DNA from: Phoronis australis
Lineage: Eukaryota; Animalia; Phoronida
Length of the DNA stretch: 64,000 nt
Direction: 5' to 3'
Assembly: GCA_002633005.1 (NCBI GenBank)
Contig: NMRA01000148.1
Span: 434,001-498,000, forward strand
Shown: piece after piece, positions 45,301-57,300 of the stretch
How the letters are laid out: each line of letters opens with the position of its first letter
Numbering within the stretch: position 1 is the first letter of the stretch
The notes under the pieces: generated by a model
What the model was told of the DNA's origin: nothing
What the model saw: only the letters and a program-made list of their open reading frames with translations
Database searches by the model: none
Translations under genes and position numbers: made by a program

Positions 45301-48300
45301 GGAAAATTTTAGATACGGTAATTTGGGATCGACGCAACTCCCGTGTCACTAAAGCGTTCAACGGATGATTACTACTGTATAAGGCTCGAGTCCGAGAATC
45401 NCATGAGTTTTCACGAATATAGCTGTCATTGTCAACAAGTCATTTCTCCACAAAAAGCCTTATTTCGAAATTCAGTAGGTGGCGCCAGGCTCTAGATGTA
45501 CAAATGCACGCAATCAGGTAATCAAGTGAAACCCCTACATCCAAAGTTGTTGATGACAGTAAACATCTTTTTGTTGTCAATCTATTCTGAAGAGTCTTTC
45601 TTCATTATCATCACCTGCAGCAATTATCCACAAACGAGCCAAGACAAACATATGGCTAGGGTGCATATTTGGGGAGAATGTCTGGTTTCAACCATAAAAC
45701 GTTCCCCAGCTTCAAAGGAAAGAGACAACAAAACCATATCCCTCAGGATCGGAAACTGTTTTGCTCAATCATTTTATCAAACAAATGATACCCATTATGG
45801 AACTTAAATGAAACGAATGTCATGGGACATACATCGGTCCAGGAAATTTCCAATTTTGAGTTTTCGTCCCAAGTATAGGTTCATGACTTGTATATGGATA
45901 ACTACAGTAAAGAGTATAATGTCTCCTGCCAGGACTGTAGACACACACACCCCTCACCTGGTAACGATGCCCAGGTGTGGTGGCTTCATACAAGCACCCA
46001 TAAACAGCACCAGATTCTCATGTCGTGTCTTGGTCAACATGGCGATCTCCAGCTTAAAGGCAGCCAACTGCGGCTGATTGTCCGTGTCGGGGAAGTTGAT
46101 CATTTTCAGGGCTACATCACCGTGCCAATTGGCCCTGCGGGGTAGCAAATGGACAGTTTGTGTAAGATAGTTACTACAGATAGGAAATACAACAAGCAGA
46201 AGCGAGAGCAATACATGGAAAGATAACAAAACAACACCACTTCCATCTGGTTCGCAGGTTTGCAACCACACCATGATTTGAGCTGAGGCAAGTTAACCTA
46301 GAACACATTATTAACCTACCTCCATAATGTGGGACAAGTTGTCGCTCACGTGTCAAGTTGCCTCAGCAAAAAATAGCGCCCTCACTACAACTAAACAAAA
46401 AATAGCGCCCTCACTACAACTAAACAAAAAATAGCGCCCTCACTACAACTAAACAAAAAATAGCGCCTTCACTACAACTAAACATAGCAACAACGTGGTC
46501 CAGGAGTAACTTCTTTTAGAGTAATGGGGACGGCACTCTATCTACGCATTCTTTTCCCTAGCCCTTCCTACTTATAAATGATGGCATTAAACACAGTCGC
46601 CTTGTCATCTGACACTCCTACACTAGGCCTACTTACTTGTAAACGGTGCCATATCGGCCTGTGCCAAGGGCGTCGTACATGATCACCTTGTCAAAGGGTA
46701 TTTCCCATTCCTTCAGCTGTATGGACAGACTTGGCTGACGACGCCAGTGAAGACTACTGTCCAGAGGATCCACGTCCTGGCTGTCTACTGAGTCGGCTCT
46801 GTCCGGCAGAGTCCGATCAGAACAGTTGCTCTACAACGGGACAACAGAGAAATTATAGACAAGACAAAACAGCATTCATCCGATATGCTGTAGTAGTTCC
46901 ATGTGATGACTAAAACAGAAAATTCATCAATTTCTTCCGAATATGAGTGTATAAGCTTAAAACAAGCCAAATGATTGATTGCATAGCTAGGCTTCTCCAG
47001 TGGGAATAAATGCATGGAAAAAAGCAGTGAGAGCACAGGCAACCCGTAACAATGAAGTCAGAGCACAGGCAACCTGTAACAATTAAGTCAGAGCACAGGC
47101 AACCCGTAACAATTAAGTCAGAGCACAGGCAACCCGTAACAATTAAGTCAATTCTCCACTATTTTGCACAAAAGTGATTGCGCCAAAACTGTCATTTTCC
47201 ATTTTTTCAAAGGCTGATAACCTTTTTAGAAACAAAAACTTAACCAAATGTTGTTTTATGAAACTTTCTTGGAACAAACCATATTAGTAATGGACACAAA
47301 TTTTCTTCATTTTCATTTTTGTGAAGAAATTTCACTTGTTGGCCATATTGAGGGCCAAATAAAAAAAAGACTTACTATATTTCCCTCAATCCCTTAATGC
47401 ATTTCACACGTGAGCATTTTGCTGCAGTTCAGGAGTGCAGGATACGAACAAGGCTAAATGAGGGCTTTCAACAGCCATTTTTCAATAACAGAGGTGACAT
47501 GATGAAATACACTTTGTTACTAAGTGGCAATAATGGTGTACAGCATTCTGAATTCTTGTATGGATTTCAAATGCGGTGTGATATGTCCTAGCATTTTGCA
47601 TAAATTCTTTGCGACGATAATGCCGTCAAATAGCCACTGTTGCATTGTGAGATATTCAAATGATTCACAGAAAAATGTCCAACTTCTTAGAATGTTCGTG
47701 AATGAAAGAATTGCATTTCGTCGCTGTCAACTCGGGCCGTCTTGCACATGAGAAATGGGCCGAGCAAAAGATGCTTTTGTGCTCTCGCAACACTAAAAAA
47801 GTTGTGTGACGAAAGTTTGCTATTGTTTTAAAATTAAACATATCACTTCTGACCTGAGCAAGGAATAACAATCGAAACTCTTCTATGTCGAAAGATGAAA
47901 ACAAAGCAAAAGCGCACGGATACAGCAGAGAATATAACTTACGTCGATCACAGTCTGGTCACTCTCATTTGAAGTGTTTGTATTTACAAAGTCCCTGCAA
48001 AGAAAAAATATCAACGATGACAGTGATTGGGCCTGAGACTCTGATTTTGGACCCAGCCAACTTCATTGGAGACTCAAATCAAAAATTGACCAATCGCCCC
48101 ACTCGATGTGAATACACTTTGAAAATTCAGTAGGACTTGTCAATTTTTGAGTCAAGCCTTTGGTGAAGTTTGGAGATCATGGGCCCAGAACTAGTTAATT
48201 TTTGTACCAGGGTGCAAGGGCGAGCGGAAGAACCCTAAAACAAGCTCTGACATAATGTTTGAGCCCCAACACGTTTTATGGTTCCAACCAGAACTCCGTT

Positions 48301-51300
48301 TCAAAAGAATTGTACAGCAAACAGTTCTCAACACTGAAATCATCTAAACCAAACTTGAACTCTGCAAAAATGTCACAAAAAACAAAAAGGTGAACGTACG
48401 AATTATCCTCCCCATCTATGACTGGCCTGCAGTTCCTCACTCTGGGAGTTCCACCACCGTCGACTTCTGAAAATCAAGGATAATGTAGAAATTGGCCAAC
48501 TACAGTTGCATGAAGGTACCTTTTGGATCCTTTAAAATTTTGATCCTTTCCTTATTAACAGACAGGACTCATTGTAGCACTATGGCAACTCAACAGCATT
48601 GACTCAATCAAACCATTTCTATTCCGTGTAATGTAGTCGCAGACATCCACTAATCAATCATCACTTACTATTTACTCTCACTCAAAACAACCTATCTGGT
48701 TCTTTTAGTTGCTGAGTAACAATCTACAAGTCTTGTGAGACAGATAATTTGTCATGTGCATGTTCACAACTTTACATCGTCAATACATAACATCCTAAAT
48801 AGGCACTCAATCTCTTACGTCACATTCTGATTTGTCACTCCACAATAGTCACAATCCCAAAGTGTCGACTCACCTGGAAATGTGAACGTCTGCACGTGTA
48901 TCTGGGGCGATGGTGCCGGTGATGACGACACCAGCCCCGACATGAATGGTGCCGGAGAGGAGGGCGTCGACGATGTACACGACGACGTGGAAGAACTTGA
49001 GCCTTGTGGGTGGTTGAAGATGGGAGCGGATCCAGCACGGGGGTGCACATCCCCAGAGCCAGGCAGGCTTGGTGAACCTGACACGGTGAATAGCACAGTG
49101 GAGTTTTTTACATGAAGTAGTGCACTGACTCTTTAATACTTCAGTAAATGCTTTTACTTAAAATGAAACGAAATGTTAGTTAACTGGAAACCGTTTCTAA
49201 GTGCGATGACAATCCTTTCCGAAACCGGAAGTGACATTCTCTTTGCCACTTTATGTGCGTTTGTCCATGTCTTTACAGTTTCTGCCTGGAAATACAGCTC
49301 TTATCTGAAAATTTGTTGCAGTAAATTTTAGGGAAATAATAATTTCCCAGAGCAGAACTTTGGACTAATGGTGGAACAAACTGGTCAATCAGAACTTGAA
49401 AATATCTCAAAAAAACAACCATCAAGCTTATTCCAAGAGCAAAATTTACAACGTCACGTTGGATTCAGAGCCACAGATATTTTTTCACTGAGGTTGCTTT
49501 CACTCTAATCGAGTTGTCCACTTGATAAAGACCACTTAGAGGTTTGAAATTGGTGTCAGCCTTTTCCCTACTTAAATTTGATTTGAGGATTGGAAAGAGC
49601 CGACACTTTGCTATTGCTTCAGACCAGACTCAAACAAGTTGACATGTTACAGCCGGTTATATATGGCTTGGTCTTGACCAATAACAAACTCTAGGTTCTT
49701 TCCAAGCCCCCAAACCACCTCTTCTTCATGTGAAAAACCAGTTGAGAACAATTTTGTAGCAAATCAAATGTTTGGTGGAACACAAGTTGACAGCAGCCTC
49801 AAGAGGCATGTTATGCTTCACGTAAGCTAACACATCACATTCATTTTTTACAAAGTTTTTCATTTCCACCAGGTCTTCAGCAAGAATTCCTCCCTCGAGG
49901 CAAACTAAATGTACAGGAAATCCTGTGGCTCCCGATAAACTTTAAAGGCATGTACCGACAAAACGCAGCATGTCTCAATTCTATCATACACTAAACAGGT
50001 TATAAACGCACCTTCAGTCAAAAACTAACTTCTGATGTAGGGCATTTACTGTATAAAATGTCGTAACTTGTTCACTTGCTCTTGTTAAAAACCAGGCTAC
50101 ATAGGTTGGCATTTCACGGCTGGTTAGTTTGTGCAACGGTCATGGACTCAACCATTGAGGAACAGTCAGCTCTTCCCAAGCTAAGAAATCAATCCTCATG
50201 TGAGTAAGGAAGACCCATTTTGTATCAATAAGTTGTCTGATACCAAAAGTGAGTTTATGTGATGGCCGAAGGAGGATTAATATTTGCTTGCACCTGTCTT
50301 ACCTGCACCAGAATCTCGTAGTGTATTGTAAAATGTGGTCAGAAGCTCATCAGGAAGACCGCAGGCCGGAGCTGCTTTTGAAGCACAGTCTTTGTGACAT
50401 TTAAACCTGTCGACAACACGAGCCAAATTAAAAAACCTGATAACTCACCGGGTAACTCACAACAAGCAATCAAGGTGGTGAAGTGTCGACTTTCAGGTGC
50501 ATGATGCGTATGTTGTGTGCTTTTGAGGACCATGTTGTTGATGACATATCCACAGTAAAATAATTTCAACTTCAAACAAAAAATTACTGGAAATTGTCTC
50601 TTTTCATTTTCCTAAGGCTTCTAATGTTGTTCTGAATGTCCACAATGTCTCAAAGATTGTCTAATGATAACTATGGTGCAGAACTTAAGTGATAAAGCAT
50701 ATAGCAAGCGCCACTTATCTTTTATCAGGGCTTGGAATGACCCATGACAAAAAAGAGGAAATTTTTTACTGCCCAACACACATTGCAATCTAAACAACCA
50801 TACCTCAACAGATCCAAAGTAAACATTATTAAGACAAGATGCCCTGTAACTGTGTCGTGTAGGCAAAACGCACTCATCTTAAGCAGTACCTGACATCTAT
50901 TTCAGCAACAATAATGAAGGAAATTAGATGCAACAAAAGATATTTTTTAAAATTAAAATAATAAAGATAATGATGCAAAATTTGCAGTGTGAGTGACAGA
51001 AGCTTATTCTTGATTTGCTACAGGGAGACCTATAAAATTATTTTCAGTTCTTATAATTACAATACAAAACTAGAAAGATTATTGTCACGGCGTGACAATA
51101 ACGGACTCTGCGCGTGCGTATTACAGGAATTGTTATGGAATATCATTGACAGCAACCTGCTCACTAATATGAAAAGGAATTCTTTTAAACTGTAGGAGAA
51201 ATTACATCTTATTATTTTGATGACCTTTGCACTAATTGATCCCTTCTGGTGCATTATGAACCCTGATGAGGGAATAAGTGTAAACTCGATTAAAAACGTG

Positions 51301-54300
51301 GTTAATGCTAAGAATCACAGGTATCTTACTTAAAGCACTTAAGAATACAAGATGAAAAAATTGGTCAAACTTTCAGAGGAAAAATGCACCTAATGACCTC
51401 ATGGGTGCACCAAATGACCTGAAAATTTAGAATTCAAACTCAATCGCATCTACTAAAGAGATATGTAATTTTGAAGTCTCTAGCTTAAAATTTTAGTTTG
51501 CACTTAATGACCTTTGACCTATTTCTTCTGATTGGATGGGCCTATTGCTTTGTAAAATAGGGGTATTCGAATGGCATGTTAGTTTACATTAGTGTGCTGA
51601 AATTGAAAAGGATTCCTTGAAAAAAAGCAGGAGATATAACATTTTGAAAGTTAAATGACCTTTGCACTAACTGACCTGATCCGGTGCATTATAAGCATCG
51701 TAAGTAGAATTATTGCAAAGCCTGTAAAAAGTGTGTTTAATGCTGAGAATCACAGTTGTCTAACGGTCGACACATCAGAATACTTGGAGAATGAAAAAGA
51801 CAAATTTTCAGAAGAAAAATGCACCTAATGACCCCATGGTTGCACCAAATGACCTGAAACTTTGTATTAGGAATTGAATTAGATGTACCAGTCATACTTG
51901 TGAATTTGAAGTGTCTAGCACAAAATTTTAGTTTGCACCTAATGACCTTTGACCTGTTTTACCTTATTGGATAATTCGATTACTTAGAAAAGTAATTTTT
52001 TTAATTGTCTTGTTGAGTTATACCTGTGTACCAAATTTAAAAAGATAGCTTTTAAACTGAAGAATGAGTAGCATTTTGAAAATTATTTGACCTTTGCACC
52101 AAACAACCTTTTCCGGTACAATATGGAATATGATTATATAACGAATCAAAATTTATATACTGTCAAAAGTCATATGCTGAATTTAAAGACAGTACCTGCA
52201 CCCAATTTGGAGTTATTAAGCCTCAAAATTGGTCGGAATAAGAATAAGAATAAGAATAAGAATAAAATTGAAGAAAACCCAGGAACAACAGTACTCTTCG
52301 CTTACACGCGCACAGTAATTATAAAAATCATTTTGAAAGTCGATCCAGAGATTATATGAAAAGCCTGAAATACATACACATTTAATTCGAACAAAAAATT
52401 AATTCCAATCCAAATAGAAAAAAGTCAAGACCAAAACCCGTGGGTCACTCATACCCTAACTATTAGCATGGAAAAAATGAAAGTCATAAATAACAGAATA
52501 CAGCAATCACAATCCTAAGTTGGACAAACTTTTCAGTTTCAAACAGTAATTACAGGAGTTAATTGATCATAAGCTACGCTGGTGTAGACAAACTATGTGA
52601 CATAAAAAATAACTACAAGGACACTCAAAATAGGCTAGAGTTGTGTTTCATCGTTTTCAGGTGGTCCTCCGCGATTCGACCACGCATGCCGTAATTGTCC
52701 CTCTATCAAAGTTTACAGCGTGCAAACCCTGACCCTTGTTTGCGAACACATTGACCATTTCTTTTATCCACTTTTCCACGAAATATTCTGTCTACTCTAA
52801 GCTCCACGCATTTTTGGCCGCAGAATCGCACTATTTGACACCGCGATTTAATACCATGTGCAGATGCCAATGACGAACCACGCTATCCCAGGTGCCCCGG
52901 CAATTATGATTTTCGTTAATCCAAAACATAAAGAGCAGTTTCCGCTTTTCGAGTCGTCGGCAACACCACGGTTAGAAACAAATTTGCCGAGGAAATTTTA
53001 TGGCAAATCCATTTTTTTCCATGGAAATATAACAAAAATGCGCGGAGGGAATAAGAGAAAAAAGCGGAAATCCCCGTTTCCGCAGAAAATTCCAACCCTT
53101 GCTTTTATGAAGGAAATGAAACATTTCACCCCCAAAATGATGACATTTTAAAATAATACATGGGAACATTACATTGTGAACTTCATAGAGTGTGCTCTCA
53201 AAACAAATTGAACCAGTTATTTTAACATTGTGCAAACTGTTTGTTTTTCAATATATTAAGTAATTTGCACTTGGTACACACAAGCTAGAAAGATTGGCAC
53301 TACTCTGAGCTTCAGCTTGTTATAGTCTGACAAGTTAGGATGTAGGTCTGAGGACATCTTGTCAACAGTTAGTCAACTTAATGTCAAGAAAGGAAATTTT
53401 ATTCATCAATCAAAATGGGAATCATCCAAGCAGAGTTATTAATGGCAAAAGTGCTTATTGGTCACATCATTTATCGGTCACACAAACAAAGTGGCTACTG
53501 CTCCCGAACACTCAACAACATCCTGGGAGCTGGAGCTCAAACTAGATTGGAGAGGACCTCTAAGGTACTTACCGGCAATATCTACACACTTTCCCTTTGA
53601 TCATGTTTTTCCGACAGATATCACACGAGCCCACAACAAACTTGCTGGTGAATCTAGGGGAACAAATGACCACATGAAGCACCCAAATAAATAATAGTCA
53701 CTTACAAGTGCCCGGCATTTTGAGAACCAGTTTTCTTCACAGAATAACGGGCAACAAACTGGTTCTCAAAAATCCAGGACCCCTGTTGGTGACTATTGCC
53801 TCCAAACGTGCAATGTGGGGTAACATAAGCACAATAGAGGTCACTGCTGGGCATCCACACACTACACCAGAGGGAATGTTGGGGATGACGCCAACACATT
53901 GGGCTAGGTTGATTTGAATACCACTTGCAACAGAATCTGTTTTAAAAACAAAATTCATAACACACCACAAACACATTTTCACACTCCTTCATCAGTAACA
54001 GCTACCGATATCGAAGCTCTTAACATCTTTGTAGCGCTCCTGCCCTCTCTCCAAGAGGAATGCGGATGCACCACATAGCGCAGATTCGTGGGAAATCGTC
54101 TTTAATATCCCAGTAGCAACACATTCTTAGTCATTATTGGTTTGCTGTCCTGCTAACTACCTCAAGCACTTGAGCATTTACAGGAATATTGAGCGATGTT
54201 TAGTGAATGAAAACTACGTTGGGAAATCCTGTTTCATACAATGGCAAGTGTTGAATGTTTTGATTCAATTTCGTGTTGGTCACAAAAAATCAAATCACGA

Positions 54301-57300
54301 AATCAGGCAAGTTGGCACTTTTTGTTTTAAATGGTAATACTGTGGTCAGAATGCACCTCACAAATGGTAATGCTGTGGTCAGAATGCACCTCACAAATGG
54401 TAATACTGTGGTCAGAATGCAGCTCACAAATGGTAATACTGTGGTCAGAATGCAGCTCACAAATGGTAATACTGTGGTCAGAATGCACCTCACAAATGGT
54501 AATACTGTGGTCAGAATGCAGCTCACAAATGGTAATACTGTGGCCAGAATGCAGCTCACAAATGTTATGTTTAGGCTTCAACCGCTTCATTCTTATTTTA
54601 TCTTACTTTGAAGCTGGCTAATTTTGACCAGCCAAAGCAACACTCAATACACCTGAAACTGCCACAAGCGAAGTCGAAAACAGGACAAAAACGATAAGCA
54701 TAACACTGCCCAAGTAATAACCCTATTTGAGGCACGCTTTAGGTCAGAAATGCCCATTTCTGTCCATCTGCAGCCCGAGTTCAGTGCGACGGGCTCTCAG
54801 CAATACAACTTTCAACAGTTTTTACTCAGCGGTGATTTCCCACAACTCACTGCTCAGACGACATAAAGTGCATTCCGTAAAAACGTCAATTAACAAAACA
54901 AGGCTGTTGCAGATGGTAGCAAGGTCGTGGCTGCAATAGTCATGCCACATTAGCTTACTTGCACTGTCGACACCGATAGCCGTAGAACATTTGCCGTTGG
55001 CAATAGTCACATGTGCCTACAGTGAGTGTGCTGGAAAACCTTTTCAACAAAACATACAGTCCACTCAGTCACCAGGAAATAACATCATATACAGAATTCA
55101 TTGTACCTTTATAAATGAGCCGTCACATTTAAAAACTTTGGGAAGCAAAATTTCCCTTGAAACATAGATGATTATTATCATATTCATCCATGTTCGGCTA
55201 TGTAAAACCATCTTCTGGTTTTCCAAATTTTTACTATTAACACCCACCCTTAATATACATTGTAAGGAACTAACTCTCGTACCTAAAGCAGAAAACAAAA
55301 AACAACTTCCTGGAGTGAATTGGCAAGAGCAGTTGACAGTCACCCCAGTCAATTAAAACGCCTTGGATGATAACCTAGATGAATAGTGTATTTGCAAATG
55401 TAGAACTCGCTAATTTTCGACAAGTCTGATGTCACATGCGGGTCCACATCGCGTAATGCCGTAGCCTTCTTGTCAGTGTTCTGTTTCAATTGGGAACAAT
55501 AATACATTGTAACTTGCACACGCTTTCAAATTACAAACTTAAGACGACTACACGCGTTCAAAAATACATACTGCGGCGATAAACTCACCTGTGCTTTATT
55601 GAGTGAAGCATGCTGGGCCCACCAGCAGGGGTCTTTGGAGATCTGGGATTGATGTCTGCAACAGATATATGTCAAGTGGTTATTTCTAGGACATGGTACA
55701 TAACCCGACTGACCATAATCTACACTTTAAACGCATGTTAAGAAGTTTTAAATTCAATACACAATGCATCGCATAAAACTTCTACATTGTGGCACAGAAG
55801 AATGACATGATTTGACAGCATGTGTATTCTATGGTGGTTTTGGGTTAAAATGAATCAAAACAGCCAAGTCAGAGATATCTCTTCTAAAACATCGGGACTT
55901 TGAGGAGACATAGCTTCCCACCATGCGCCATACAAAACTCATTTAAATTCAAGACTTGGGCCAGACTGATCATAACTATGGCCTCTCAAGTATGTGCCAA
56001 AAAGACCAGGAAGTTCCCGTAAAGATGAACGAATGCAAGCCGAACACACCGACACACAAAACGTTATTTCACGAATGCTCTGGAACTAACATGACAGTTG
56101 ACGAGGGGAAATGGTATTCTATAACAGGCATTTCGCCAAAATCAAGGGCTGCAAGCATAAGTAGTTGATGCAACAGGAAACAATGTTTTGTCTGATAAAT
56201 TTCACGGCATACTGTACATGACTTGTGTTTAGTTTGCAGTCCATCATACCACTACAAAATCTTTTACATGGCTATAAACCCAACTTCCGTAACCAAAATC
56301 AATTATTGATGAAATTGGTTTCACAATAGACGCGATTCTTGGGGTAGAAAAGAATCAACTTGACTGTTCGTGGAGTGTCATTTTCGCCAAGCGTGGGGTC
56401 AAGGAATAACCAATTATGAGTTCTTTGCAAGACCAAAAATCACTTCTCATCTGCATAAAGAACAAGTTGAGGCCAACAGTAAGTGGTCTAAATTAAAATT
56501 CAGTTTCTTCAATGGATGTGTTTAAAATCCCTTCTCGTGCATCATTTTCAAAACAACTGAGTAATGAAGAAAGCACAAACACACAAATTCCACCTTCATG
56601 CAATACACTCAACTGCATCACATTCAAATTATTGTAAACTTTGACAGGATTAGTGCAATAATTTAGGATCTGATGGCAGTCACAGTAAGTACAAAAAAAT
56701 CCATGAAACAACAGTGACTTAATGACCAAGGTCAAATAATGACAACTCATAGTTTGTCCTAAAAAAGGAGGCCGACCAAGTGCCGACATCATGATAAAAT
56801 AGCTACCATGGTAACCCTGCAGAAATGAATGTTTTTAAGGTTATGTATAACCCTAAAGAAATATCCTAAGTTGGCTAACTTCAGAATATCATTTCTCTCA
56901 AATGGCAGCTCGGAGTCTTATGAAACTTTCAAATACTATACTGTACTTTATGCAGTGTTCTTTAAAACTCCATTAGGAAATACAGTGTTCATAAAACCAT
57001 TCCATTTTTGTACGATGGGCTATCAAAAAGAAAGACTTTGTGATGAATTTCATGAAAAAAGTCCTAACTTTAGAAAAAGAAAACAAGATACTGGTAATTT
57101 AAAAAACTGCAACAGCATTTTTGAGATTTCAAGTTGAACACTGATATCAAATAAAATTTGGTCATGTTATTGATGTTTGGTATGAATGTACCTTCCTTTT
57201 TAGCTAAATGTTACTAAAAGACATGGTCAAGACACCACTTATGAAAGACTGATATAAACTCTAAAAACAAATTCTATATGCTTTCTGGTTTCAGAAAATG

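Noticed and set aside
46367-47150. 29-30-bp repeats as CRISPR direct repeats
   Set aside because: No unique spacers, no cas genes, eukaryotic intron context.
48028-48188. Short fold-back element with GGGCC ends (Harbinger/Tourist-like)
   Set aside because: The inverted arms are visible but too degenerate to define ends or a TSD.
53702-53982. Overlapping ORFs with a gtaagt donor at 53705 as a KSR C1 exon
   Set aside because: No C1 cysteine pattern; the true C1 exon is 53573-53653 and the phases close without this segment.
54273-54621. Repeat-protein ORFs or a CRISPR-like array
   Set aside because: Contiguous 33-bp units without spacers; frames are open on both strands only because the unit length is a multiple of 3. 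It is an intronic minisatellite.
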